Under the pieces are notes generated by a model that had not been told where the DNA came from, ran no database searches, and was given only the letters and a program-made list of their open reading frames with translations. From an uncultured delta proteobacterium (lineage in GTDB: Bacteria > Desulfobacterota > Desulfobacteria > Desulfobacterales > Desulfosalsimonadaceae): a stretch of DNA of 64,000 nucleotides. The DNA is taken from the NCBI GenBank assembly GCA_963826785.1, contig CAWGYD010000005.1:192001-256000 (forward strand). Direction: 5' to 3'. The position numbers were made by a program, and so were the translations under genes. Of the stretch, positions 41,317 to 51,544 are shown in pieces (the stretch's first letter is position 1; each line of letters opens with the position of its first letter).

Positions 41317-42338
41317 AAATCGGACTCACCTATGACCTGCGGTCGGAATACCTGGCCATGGGGTACAGCGAAGAAGAAACCGCGGAATTCGACCGGGACG
41401 ACACCGTTTCCGCCATTGAAGAGGCCCTGCAGCAGCTGGGCCACGACACCGACCGGATCGGACATGCCCGGCGGCTCACCGAACGGCTGGTGCACGGGGA
41501 CCGCTGGGACCTGGTGTTCAACTTCGCAGAAGGGCTTTCCGGCCTTTCCCGGGAATCCCAGGTGCCGGCCATCCTGGATCTGTATGAAATCCCCTATACC
41601 TTTTCGGACCCCCTGGTCATGGGGCTTACCCTCCACAAGGGAATGACCAAGCAGCTGGTCCGCCAGGGCGGGTTCGCCACCCCGGACTTTGCCGTCATCG
41701 AGTGCATGGAAGACCTGGAGAAGGTGGGCTTTGATCCCCCGTATTTTGCCAAACCGGTGGCCGAAGGGACCGGGAAAGGGATCACCGCTCAATCCGTCAT
41801 TTCAGGTCCGGATCAGCTCCGGCATGTCTGCGCTCAGCTGCTCCGGCAGTTTGACCAGCCGGTGCTGGTGGAGCGGTTCCTGGACGGCAGGGAGTTCACG
41901 GTGGGGCTGGTGGGCACCGGCAGGGATGCGCGGGTGCTGGGGACGATGGAGGTCATCCTGCTGGAAAACGCGGAAAAGCAGGTCTACTCCTATGTGAACA
42001 AGGAAAAATGCGAGGAGCTGGTGAAATATCGCCTGGTCAGGCCCGACGGGGACATTTCCGTGGCCGAGACCGAACGCCTGGCCCTGGGCACCTGGCGCCA
42101 CCTGGGGTGCCGGGATGCCGGACGGGTGGATATCCGGTGCGACAGCGCGGGAAAACCGTTCTTCCTGGAAGTCAATCCCCTGGCCGGCCTGCATCCGGAG
42201 CACTCGGACCTGCCGATCCTGTGCAGCCACCTGAAATTTTCCTTTGTCCGGCTGATCGAAGCGATCGTGGCATCGGCTTGTCAACGTATCCGGACAACCG
42301 CTCTGCCTGCCGCAGGATCAAAATGCGCATCGTTATAG
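41313..42338 (+). CDS. D-Ala-D-Ala-ligase-like ATP-grasp protein 1
   Basis: LVFNFAEG, FAKPVAEGTGKGI, GREFTVG, GRVDIR, LEVNPLAGL. Confidence 0.88.
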   Translation: MKIGLTYDLRSEYLAMGYSEEETAEFDRDDTVSAIEEALQQLGHDTDRIGHARRLTERLVHGDRWDLVFNFAEGLSGLSRESQVPAILDLYEIPYTFSDPLVMGLTLHKGMTKQLVRQGGFATPDFAVIECMEDLEKVGFDPPYFAKPVAEGTGKGITAQSVISGPDQLRHVCAQLLRQFDQPVLVERFLDGREFTVGLVGTGRDARVLGTMEVILLENAEKQVYSYVNKEKCEELVKYRLVRPDGDISVAETERLALGTWRHLGCRDAGRVDIRCDSAGKPFFLEVNPLAGLHPEHSDLPILCSHLKFSFVRLIEAIVASACQRIRTTALPAAGSKCASL

Positions 42339-43879
42339 CCCACAATGCGGTAGATGATTCCTCTTCCCTGGACGAGCAGGATGTGCTGGTTCAGGCCCGG
42401 GCCGTGCAGGAGGCGTTGAACTGCCTGGGCCATTCGTCATGCCTGCTGCCCTGCAGCCTGGATCTGGCGGCCTTCAAGCGCGAATTGGCGCAGTGGCGGC
42501 CCGACCTGGTGTTCAACCTGGTGGAATCCCTGGACGGCCGGGGGCAGCTGATTGACTTCGTCCCTTCCATGCTCGACTGCATGGGCGTCCCGTACACGGG
42601 AGCCTCTGCCGCATCCATCCATTTGACTTCCGGCAAGGCCCAGGCCAAGGCCCGTATGCGCGGCGCCGGCCTGCCCACGGCAGAGTGGGTCGGCCCTTTT
42701 CCGAAGGATGCCTGGTCGGTTCGGGATCTGCCGGTCTCCGCTTTTCCAGGGGTTTTTATCATCAAATCCGTGTGGGAGCATGCCTCCTTTGGATTGGCCG
42801 GAGACGGCCTGGTTGAAGCAGAATCCATGGATGACCTGGCAGCGGCATTGCAATCGCGGGCACCGATTCTGGGCGGCGCCTGTTTTGCCGAGCGGTACAT
42901 TGAAGGAAGGGAATTTAATCTTGCCCTCCTGGCCGAACCGGATGGCGTACAGGTCCTGCCGCCGGCGGAGATCATTTTTGAGGGATACGGCCCGGACCGG
43001 GTCCGCATCGTCGATTACCGGGCCAAGTGGGAGGCCGACTCCTATGAATACAGCCACACCCCCAGAAGGTTTGATTTTCCCGAAACGGAAGCCGCTCTGC
43101 TGACCGCATTGACCGAAGCCGCGCTTAGCTGCTGGCGGGTCTTTGATTTGAAGGGGTATGCCCGGGTGGATTTCCGGGTGGATGCCGACGGCCGGATTTT
43201 CATCCTGGAAGTCAACACCAATCCCTGTCTTTCCCCTGATGCCGGGTTTGCCGCCGCCCTGGACCGCGCCGGCATCCCTTTCGAATCCGCCGTCAGCCGC
43301 ATCATCGAGGATGCGCGCCGGCCGAAAGGCTTTGGAGGGGGATTTCCTGAAAAGCATTGTGCGCCAAATGACGAAATCGCCCCGGCCGGTAATCCACCCG
43401 GCCTGAACTTCCGTTACGCGCCGGACCCGCAGGATGCGGCGGTGGTCCGCCAAATCATCGAAGAGACCGGTTTTTTCCGGCCGGATGAAGTGGCGGTGGC
43501 GGTGGAACTGGTGGAGGACCGGCTTTTAAAGGGTCCCGCAAGCGATTACGATTTCGTCTTTCTGGAAGAAGCGGGCCGGGTGGCCGGATATTCCTGTTTC
43601 GGCAAAATCCCCTGCACCGTGGACAGCTACGATCTCTACTGGATCGCCGTGCGCCCGGAACTCCAGAAAAGCGGCCTGGGACGAAAAATCATGGTCGAAA
43701 CCGAGCGGCTGATCCGAAAGCGCGGCGGGAATCGAATCTATATCGATACCTCCCAATCCGAAAAATACGAGACCACCCAGGCGTTCTACGAAAGATGCGG
43801 ATACAGGGTGGAAGCGGTTCTGCCCGATTTCTACATGCCGGGGGATGGAAAAGTCATCTACTGCCGCCGGCTTTCATGA
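42323..43879 (+). CDS. ATP-grasp ligase 2 fused to a GNAT acetyltransferase
   Basis: LVFNLVES, EHASFG, YARVDFR, LEVNTNP; C-terminal YDLYWIAV..QKSGLGR..FYERCGY. Confidence 0.88.
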   Translation: MRIVIAHNAVDDSSSLDEQDVLVQARAVQEALNCLGHSSCLLPCSLDLAAFKRELAQWRPDLVFNLVESLDGRGQLIDFVPSMLDCMGVPYTGASAASIHLTSGKAQAKARMRGAGLPTAEWVGPFPKDAWSVRDLPVSAFPGVFIIKSVWEHASFGLAGDGLVEAESMDDLAAALQSRAPILGGACFAERYIEGREFNLALLAEPDGVQVLPPAEIIFEGYGPDRVRIVDYRAKWEADSYEYSHTPRRFDFPETEAALLTALTEAALSCWRVFDLKGYARVDFRVDADGRIFILEVNTNPCLSPDAGFAAALDRAGIPFESAVSRIIEDARRPKGFGGGFPEKHCAPNDEIAPAGNPPGLNFRYAPDPQDAAVVRQIIEETGFFRPDEVAVAVELVEDRLLKGPASDYDFVFLEEAGRVAGYSCFGKIPCTVDSYDLYWIAVRPELQKSGLGRKIMVETERLIRKRGGNRIYIDTSQSEKYETTQAFYERCGYRVEAVLPDFYMPGDGKVIYCRRLS

Positions 43880-43897
43880 AAGGAAATGGACCCGGCG

Positions 43898-44050
43898 ACA
43901 CCCCCCTGGCCCCCCTCAAGGGGGGAATACCCTTGGGTGGTTTTGCGATTTTAAATTAGATCCGCCTCAACAGATTACTGATTCTCTATCTTATTTTTCC
44001 CTTGGAGGCACAAAACAAATTCCCCCCTTGAGGGGGGCCAAGGGGGGTGT
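43898..44050. repeat. Inverted pair of C/G-run REP-like units (second family)
   Basis: ACACCCCCCTGGCCCCCCTCAAGGGGGGAAT (43898-43928) and its near-perfect reverse complement (44019-44050); a related single unit lies at ~49610-49645. Confidence 0.75.
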
Positions 44051-44078
44051 TTCGCTTCGCCGCCCCCCTCCGCCTTCA

Positions 44079-45803
44079 TCATTCCGAATTTTTTCTGCGT
44101 TTCCCCGGCGGTTTCCCCTTTTCGCCCACCACCACCTTCTTCTGCGCTTCCTTGTTCTTGAGCCCTTTTTCCACATACAGCGGTTCATCGTTCACCAGGT
44201 CGGACCCGGTGTGATACATGGCCGAGGCTACGGTCGACGGTCCCGGGGTGAAAATCTGGATCTGTTCGGGCGTGAATTTGAAATTTTTGCGGATAAACGA
44301 TTTGAGCGCCCGCATGTCGTCCATGGTGCATCCGGGGTAGGCGGCGATGAAATAGCAGGTTAAAAACTGCTTTTTGCCAAGCGCCCGGTTGGTCCGGTCA
44401 TACAGGGCAATGAATTTTTCGGTGAATTCGCCCCCGGGCTTGCCCATCAGTTTCAGGACATGATCTTCCGAATGCTCGGGCGCGATCTTGAGCTGTCCCG
44501 AGATATGGTGGGATGCTATTTCCTCCAGGTATTTTTCTCCCCATTTCCGGTCCTGCAGCACCAGGTCGTGCCGGACCCCGGACCCGATGAACACTCGCCG
44601 GATTCCCGGAACATTTCGAATGCGGCGCAGCAGCTCGATCTGCCGCTCATGGCTGATTCCCAGCCGGCTGCAGGCGGCCGGCACCAGGCATCGCTTGTGG
44701 GCGCACAGCCCCTTTTCGCTTTTGCGGCCGCAGGCCATGCCATACATGTTGGCCGTGGGTCCGCCCATGTCGGTGATGATTCCCTTGAAATCCGGGTGTT
44801 GGGTTATTTTTTTCGCCTCCCGGAGAATGGAGGCTTCGCTCCGGCTGATGACGGCTTTTCCTTCATGAACGGCGATTGCGCAGAAATTGCATTCCCCGAA
44901 GCACCCCCGGTGGGTGGTGAGGGAAAACCGGATGGTTTCCATCGCCCGGACCGGACCCTGGGCCTGGTGGACGGGATGGACCGCCCGCTCGTAATCGAGT
45001 TCAAAAATGCGGTCGAGATCCTCGGGCGAAGGAGGAAACTGCGGCGGGTGATGGACCAGGTAGCGGGTGTCCTGCAGCTGGCACATGCCTTTTGCGGTAA
45101 ACGGGTCATTGTTTTGATAAAACGTCTGAAACATTTTCTCAAACGCATGCGTATCGCCTGCGGCCTCCGCATGGGACGGCAGCACCAGGTAGCCGTCCGG
45201 CGCTTCTTTGGCCGCATGGCAGGTTCCCCGGATGCCGGTGAGCGATTCACCCCTTTTGATCCGCGAAGCGATTTCCAGAATGGTCTTTTCCCCCATGCCG
45301 TAGACCAGCAGGTCGGCTTTGGCGTCAAAAAGGACCGAGCGCCGCACGCTGTCCGACCAGTAGTCGTAATGGGAGATGCGCCGCAGGCTGGCCTCCATGC
45401 CGCCGAGCACGATGGGGCGAGTGCTTTTGAAATGCCTTCGGATCAGGTTGGCATAGGCGATCACGGCCCGGTCCGGCCGCCGGTTGTTCTGCCCGCCGGC
45501 GGTGAGGTCGTCTGATTTTCGCGGCTTCATCGTGGCAGTGGTGTTGGCGATCATGGAGTCCATGCATCCGCCGGTCACGCCCCAGAAAAGGGCTGGTTCA
45601 CCCAGGCGGGTGATATCGGTATCCGATGACATGTCCGGCTGGGCGATGATCCCCACCCGGTACCCGGCGGCCGCCAGGGTTTTGCCGATCACGGCCACCC
45701 CGATGTGGGGAGAATCGATGTAGCTGTCCCCGGTGACCAGGATCACATCCGGATTCGGCCATCCCAGGGCATCCATTTCTTTTCGGGTTGCGGGTAGAAA
45801 CAT
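44079..45803 (-). CDS. ygiQ: YgiQ-family radical SAM protein
   Basis: MFLPAT, VTGDSYIDSP, HRGCFGECNFC, DMGGPTANMY, LKIAPEH. Confidence 0.92.
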   Translation of the reverse strand: MFLPATRKEMDALGWPNPDVILVTGDSYIDSPHIGVAVIGKTLAAAGYRVGIIAQPDMSSDTDITRLGEPALFWGVTGGCMDSMIANTTATMKPRKSDDLTAGGQNNRRPDRAVIAYANLIRRHFKSTRPIVLGGMEASLRRISHYDYWSDSVRRSVLFDAKADLLVYGMGEKTILEIASRIKRGESLTGIRGTCHAAKEAPDGYLVLPSHAEAAGDTHAFEKMFQTFYQNNDPFTAKGMCQLQDTRYLVHHPPQFPPSPEDLDRIFELDYERAVHPVHQAQGPVRAMETIRFSLTTHRGCFGECNFCAIAVHEGKAVISRSEASILREAKKITQHPDFKGIITDMGGPTANMYGMACGRKSEKGLCAHKRCLVPAACSRLGISHERQIELLRRIRNVPGIRRVFIGSGVRHDLVLQDRKWGEKYLEEIASHHISGQLKIAPEHSEDHVLKLMGKPGGEFTEKFIALYDRTNRALGKKQFLTCYFIAAYPGCTMDDMRALKSFIRKNFKFTPEQIQIFTPGPSTVASAMYHTGSDLVNDEPLYVEKGLKNKEAQKKVVVGEKGKPPGKRRKNSE

Positions 45804-45907
45804 GTTGGCGTAAACGTATAATGATTGAGTAAATGGGGTTTGCCAGAAAGTAACACCGGAAATGGCATTTTAAAGGCGAAAAGTCCAGGTGAAAGGTTGA
45901 AAATCAC

Positions 45908-47408
45908 ATGATTTCCGATAACACGCCGGTAATCGCAGGCGTCTGCCAGTATACCCAGCCGAAGGAGACACCGGATCCCCTCGATCCCCTCCATCTCATG
46001 GCCGGATCCGGCGCGGGGGCCATCGCCGATGCGGGGGTCTCCCGTATGGCGGAAAAGGTGGATGCGCTCTTTGTGGTCAACCTTTTTTCCTGGTCGTACC
46101 GGGATGTCTGCACCGACTTGTCCCGGCTGCTGAAAATTCATCCCGGTCATCGGCACTATTCCGACCTGGGGGGAAACAGCCCCCAGGCACTGGTCGGCAA
46201 GGCCGCTGCCGGCATTGCCCAGGGCCGATACCGCGCGGTGCTCATCGCCGGGGCGGAAGCCGGAAACGCCATCCGCCGTGCGGGCAAGGGGCAGATCGAA
46301 CTGAACTGGCCGGAAAAGCAACCGGCCGGGCAGTCACGCTGAAAATTCCCGGCCGCCGTTCACCTCCTATGAGATGACCTATGACATTTTCGCGCCGGCC
46401 CATACCTATGCCTTCTTCGAAAATGCCATGCGCGGCGCCATGGGATGGTCCATGGATGCGCACCGCTTCATATCGGGGCGCGTTTGCGAAAAACTCTCCG
46501 CCATTGCCGCGGCCAATCCCCATGCGTGGTCCCGGGAAATAAAAACAACGGAACAGATCATCACCCCGGCGCCGAACAATCGCATGGTGGCATTTCCCTA
46601 CACCCTGCGCATGAACGCCAACATCCATGTGGACATGACCGCCGCCATTCTGCTGACCAGCGCAAAAGAAGCGCGGGCCGCCGGAATTGCCGAAGAGAAA
46701 TGGGTTTACCCCATGGGGAGCGCGGGCCTAAACAACATCTGGAATGTGGCCCGGCGGCCGGCCCTCCATGATTCGCCGGCCATGGGGGCCTGCGCCCGGC
46801 TGGCCCTGGACCAGGCCGGGTGCAGTGTCGATGACATCGACTTTTTTGATTTTTACAGCTGTTTTCCCTGGGCCGTGGAGGCGGCCTGCCTGGAACTGGG
46901 TATCGGCATAGACGATCCCCGTGATTTTACCGTGACCGGCGGCCTGCCGTATTTCGGCGGCCCGGGCAACAACTACACCCTGCACGCCATTGCCGAAGTG
47001 GTGGAGCGCATCCGGAAAGACCGGTCCCGAAAAGCCCTGGTCACCGCCATGGGATGGTTCAACACCAAGCTTGCGGCAGGAATTTACGGAGGTGAACCCT
47101 CCGCCCGGGGCTGGACGGAAAGAGACGATTCTTCCCTGCAGGCGGATTTGCAGCAATCCGAACTCCCGCCGCCCGAAGAGAAGCCGGAAGGGCCGATGAC
47201 CGTGGAAACCTATATCATCTGCCACGACCGCACCGGCGCCCCACAGCACGGCACCGTCATCGGCCGCCTGCAAGACGGCCGCCGGGCCATGGCCTTCATG
47301 GATGCCGATCCCGGGCGGCTTTCGGAACTGGAACGAATCGAACTGATCGGGGCAAAGGGGAGGGCGCACCATGACCTGAACAGCGGCAAAAACTGGTTTT
47401 GCCTGTAA
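45908..47408 (+). CDS. Thiolase-like acetyl-CoA acetyltransferase with a break near 46330-46370
   Basis: GGNSPQ, GAEA, FDFYSCFP, TVTGGLPYFGGPGNNY; ORFs 45908..46342 and 46374..47408. Confidence 0.8.
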
Positions 47409-47486
47409 CCGGAATCGAGGCGGAAATCAGGGAGGGCGCCAGAATTGTAAAGAGGCTTCCACCTCGTGTCCGGGGTTCCTGATTCT

Positions 47487-48250
47487 TCATATCTTTTTCA
47501 ATTTCAGGTTGACCTTGCGCACGTGCGGTTTGAATGACCGCATCCCGCCGCCGCAGCTGACCACCTTCAGCACCGCCTCGGGATCGTTGACCGCTACACC
47601 CGACAGACACGTCACGGGCGTGTCTTGAAATATCTCCGGCAGAAGAGGCGTCGATGCGCCCAGGATGACAACTTCCCGGCAGTTTTTCGCCGCTGTCATC
47701 AGATCATCGATGGTTCCGTTGATGATGGAAGTGGCCGTGATCAGGGCCACCTGGCAATCCGGCAAAAGGTCTCCGATCCGGCTTGCGGGCAGCAGATCAC
47801 CTCTGGGCCGGTCGATCTGCTCAAAGATCAGCAGTTCTCCGGCTTTTTCCTTGAGTTCCGCCACCATGGGGGCAAAATGGCCAACCATTCCCACCCGGTC
47901 GTCCGGTCGGACATCTGCCACCGCCGCCCTCGACCCCGACAGGACATGTTTTGCAGGCGGACGGATGATGGCATTGGCCGCGGCCAGAGCCACGGAGACG
48001 GCCACGTGGTTGTCCGAAGACATCAGCCCGATCAGGTCCCGGACATACTTGACGCCCGTCAGAGTCCGGCTGTCAAACCGGTCGCAATGGGCGGGCAGAT
48101 CCTTCAACAGCGTGGCCGCAAGGCCGACCCGGCCGTCTTCGGTCAACACCGCCGTGTATCCCAGCCCGATGCGGATGTCCCGGACCTCGAATTATCGCAT
48201 GCGGTCGCAAGATGTTTTTTGATCTTTTGCCTTCACAATCTGCATATTCG
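47487..48250 (-). CDS. DUF364-family Rossmann-like protein, frameshifted 5' end
   Basis: VRDIRIGLGYTAV, ALAAANA, VGMVGHF, ITATSIINGT, LGASTPL. Confidence 0.75.
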
Positions 48251-48343
48251 TATTCCAGGCCAAGAGATTGATATCTTATCACCGCAGCCTTAATGTCCTA
48301 ACGTCTGGAGCGTTGGCGTATCAAACGCAAGTATCAAACTTTT

Positions 48344-48470
48344 GATGCATCGTAAAAGTCGGGAATTTCCTTACACGTCGATTCCGGAGAAGGTCAGAAT
48401 AGTTTTTTCAAGTGGATATGATAAATGTCTGCGCTGGGGCGACGAACTTCAAGCTTTTAACGGGTCCATC
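48344..48470. mobile_element. Degenerate MITE copy at the boundary of the defence region
   Basis: GATGCATCGTAAAAGTCGGGAATTTCC ... CTTTTAACGGGTCCATC, colinear with 35380-35510. Confidence 0.6.
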
Positions 48471-48566
48471 AATTATAATCTTTTAGTGCACTAACGCAAA
48501 AATGATAATAGTTTCGGATAGGTAAATATTCCGATTGAACTCTGATTCATGCATGCGGAGATTCCT

Positions 48567-49582
48567 ATGTCCGGAGTAATCATTTACGAGCGGTTTACAT
48601 GGTTTCACAATCAGGTGAAGGCCGGAAGGTATCCCAATACACGGCATCTTTCCGAACGTTTCGAAATCTCCCGCCGTACGGCCAAGCGCAATATCGAATT
48701 CATGAAAGATCGGCTGGAGGCCCCCCTCGATATGATCATGCTCATCGCGGATATTTCTTACGGCAATGACGCGTTTGAATTACCCCATCTGCCGGTGACC
48801 CCGAAGAAGTGCTTGCGGTACTGATCGCCCGGCGTTTGTTGTCGAATACGGCAGGGGGATTCATCAGCAACGCCATGCGCCGGTTCGGCCGCAAACTGTT
48901 GAACCACGCAGTCGGTTTCGGCCTGGAAGCCCAGATCGCCTGGAACAGATTTTTTCCGCCACATGGCATGGGTTTTCCCCGGTGCCTTCGGATATTTTTC
49001 ATGTGGTCACCCGATCTCTTCTCGAACAAAAGCTCATAGAGTTCACTTATCATTCTCCTGCTATCAGAATCAACAACTCGCCGGACTGTTGAGCCCCACC
49101 ACTTACAGCATTATATGGCATCTTGGGTATTGATCGCCAAGTGCAGGCTCCGAAACCAATGGCGAAAATTTTACCTTGCACGGATGAGCAACTGGAAACT
49201 GCTTGATGAGATTTTCCAACCCAAGCCCACTGGAGGAATGGCAGAGCCAACTGAAAGGCGCTTTCGGAATATTTCAGGGGGGTCGCCTGCTTGCCCGTTA
49301 TTCTGCGTTTCAATCCATTTCAGGGCAAAATGGATCCGAGAACAGCAATGGCATTCCGAGCAGTCTTTTCAAGAGATCCCCGGCGGCGGAGTAGAACTTT
49401 GCATTCCCGTGGCGGATTTTCGTGAAGTCAAAATGATGATCCTCCAGTTCGGTGCCGATGTCGAAGTGATCGCCCCGGATGCCCTCCGCCTGGAAGTGGC
49501 TGAGGAAATCCGGAAAATGGACAGAATTTACGGCATTGAAAACTCAGCTGAAAACATGGGTAAAGCCCATAGTGATTTGTGA
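48567..49582 (+). CDS. HTH-WYL-WCX transcriptional regulator, multiply frameshifted
   Basis: wHTH (LSERFEISRRTAKRNIEFMKDRL), RTVEPHHLQHYMASWVLIAKCRLRNQWRKFYLARM, C-terminal ILQFGADVEVIAPDALR. Confidence 0.8.
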
Positions 49583-49812
49583 AATCTGGCCTTACAGAGG
49601 CCATTTTTAAAGTCCCCCTTTTAAAAGGGGGATTCAGGGGGATTTTCTTTCTCAACTCCCTTTGTCCCGATGTCGTTAATCAGAATAATTATATCAATCG
49701 AAACCCTTTTTTTTCACATGTGGGCCATGGAATGTCACCCCAGAGATTGTATAAGGGTATTCAGCATAATCTAAAATCCCAGAGTCCGTCCTCCAAAATG
49801 TGAAGGCGAGAA

Positions 49813-50207
49813 ATGAATCTCTCCAGGCGATCGATATTAAAAAATCATTCCCGCTTTCTACACAACCTCCCCGGCCTCTCCCCGCAAGGTGGAGGACGGC
49901 AAACCAGAAACCCGGGATCTGTTGCTCGACCGGCTTTTATATCGAGGGTTCCAGTTTTATAAAAGCCCCAATCTCGTGAGCCGCCTCAATGCGGGACTGC
50001 GTTCATCTTGCGGGTCGACCCCGCAAATGTATATGTGGAAATCCTTATCGACAACATCAAACTCGGCTTCGTCCCGCGGACGGAGAACAAGCACATCAGC
50101 CGGTTGCTGGGACAGGGTGCACAACTGACAAGCCGAGCAGTCGAAGTCGATCCGGGAGAGAGGATGTAGATGGTGAGGGTGGAGGTTGGGTTGACAATAG
50201 TGTTTAG
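49813..50207 (+). CDS. HIRAN-domain protein, frameshifted
   Basis: Fragments give GFQFYK and EILIDNIKLGFVPRTENKHISRLLGQG, matching the HIRAN KLG(Y/F)VPR..N motif. Confidence 0.6.
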
Positions 50208-50257
50208 AACAGGGACTTATTCAATTAAATTCCAAAATTATTGAAAGGAAAAAGACC

Positions 50258-51544
50258 ATGTCCGACAGTTTGACTCTTGAAATCTTAAAGCGGGCAGTGG
50301 CCGGCAAGGCCGCGGCTTTCCGTTGCATCACCGAGTATCAGCCAGCCGGAGGACCGGGGGACAAGATTTTTCCGCCAACTTACGAGGGAGGCAAATACGC
50401 CGTGGAAACACGCATGCTCGATGGGGAAGCCGTGGAATGCGTATTGCTTGATTCAGTACAGTCCCAGGCCAACCGGATGGAATTGGCACTTCTGGAAGCC
50501 TTTCGTTCGAAGCGTATTGATCTGCCGATCATCGAAACCCGTTTTAATGATGACCGTCTTTTGAAAAAATTCACGGTAACTCAGTCTTGAAGCGCCCCAT
50601 CGGATAGCGGATGCAATTTTCAGGGACAGTCAGATCGAAGAAAACGAGAACAAAATTATGTTCCGCAAATCAAAAAAAGGAAGAATCCTCGATTCTGCCG
50701 ATGTGCGGAACGCTACAGGGTTGTTTGGACTCTGCCCGACTGCCTTGGTTTTTGGAGTATGGGATTCAACCGGGCCGCGCGGAGGGCTAGGGGCCAAGAT
50801 CCAGAGAGCAATCGTGTCGGAGATCATCGGTATTTATGCCCAAGCAGGCAGGAAGACGAGCAGCCGGATCGACCCGCTCCAAGTGCGTTTGGATGCTGGA
50901 CCGCTTTATGCGCGTGCCGAAAAGAATGGCCACGATCCGGATTGGACCATCAACAAGGAATTGGCGGAGCAAATCCGGTAAAGATCGGTAAAAAGAAGGA
51001 TGGCAAACCCTCGGAAGCCAATCATAGTAATATCCCTCCGCATATCACGGACGGCGGATTTACTATCCGCAATGCTATACAGACGACCGTTCTTTCGCTG
51101 GCGGCGATTCGACGACTTCGATTCCCCCTGAACGGTCAGGGTGACTCGGATCTGGAGGTCGATATTGACGCCAGGACAGTTTTGGCGGCGCTCGGACTGC
51201 TTGCCGCCGTCATTGCCCGCGAGGAAGGCGCGGACCTGCGGTCAAGATGCCAACTTATCCCCACTGAGGATTTTGAATCGGAATTATTGGGGCAGCCGGG
51301 AAGCGATCCGAAAAAGTACAAAGTTGATGCCCAAACGGCCATCTCACTGTTCAATCAGGCCGTTGAACATGCCAAGGGAAAAAAGCTGCCGTGGGAAAGC
51401 GAAGTTATCCTGACTCCCCATACCGACTTGATCACACTGGTAAGCCGCAGCCAGCAAAAGGAAGCCAACAGCGAAGAAGAGGAAAGTGATGATGTTCGCC
51501 TTATGCATCAATTACCTGAATGGCTGGGTAATGGCGGCTGTTGA
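50258..51544 (+). CDS. csb1: Type I-G Cas7 (Csb1), frameshifted twice
   Basis: QPAGGPGDKIFPPTY, LLDSVQSQANRME, LVFGVWDS, SSRIDPL, TTVLSLAAIRRLRF, DLRSRCQL. Confidence 0.88.

Noticed and set aside
45862..45877. TGGCATTTTAAAGGCG as a sigma-54 promoter for the thiolase
   Set aside because: The GG-N10-GC spacing fits, but the -12 element lacks the TGC consensus; too weak.
6552..47372. Many long antisense or alternate-frame ORFs (e.g. 7050..8162, 9124..10092, 42437..43453, 44460..45515)
   Set aside because: Shadow ORFs of GC-rich genes with clear family motifs on the other strand or frame.
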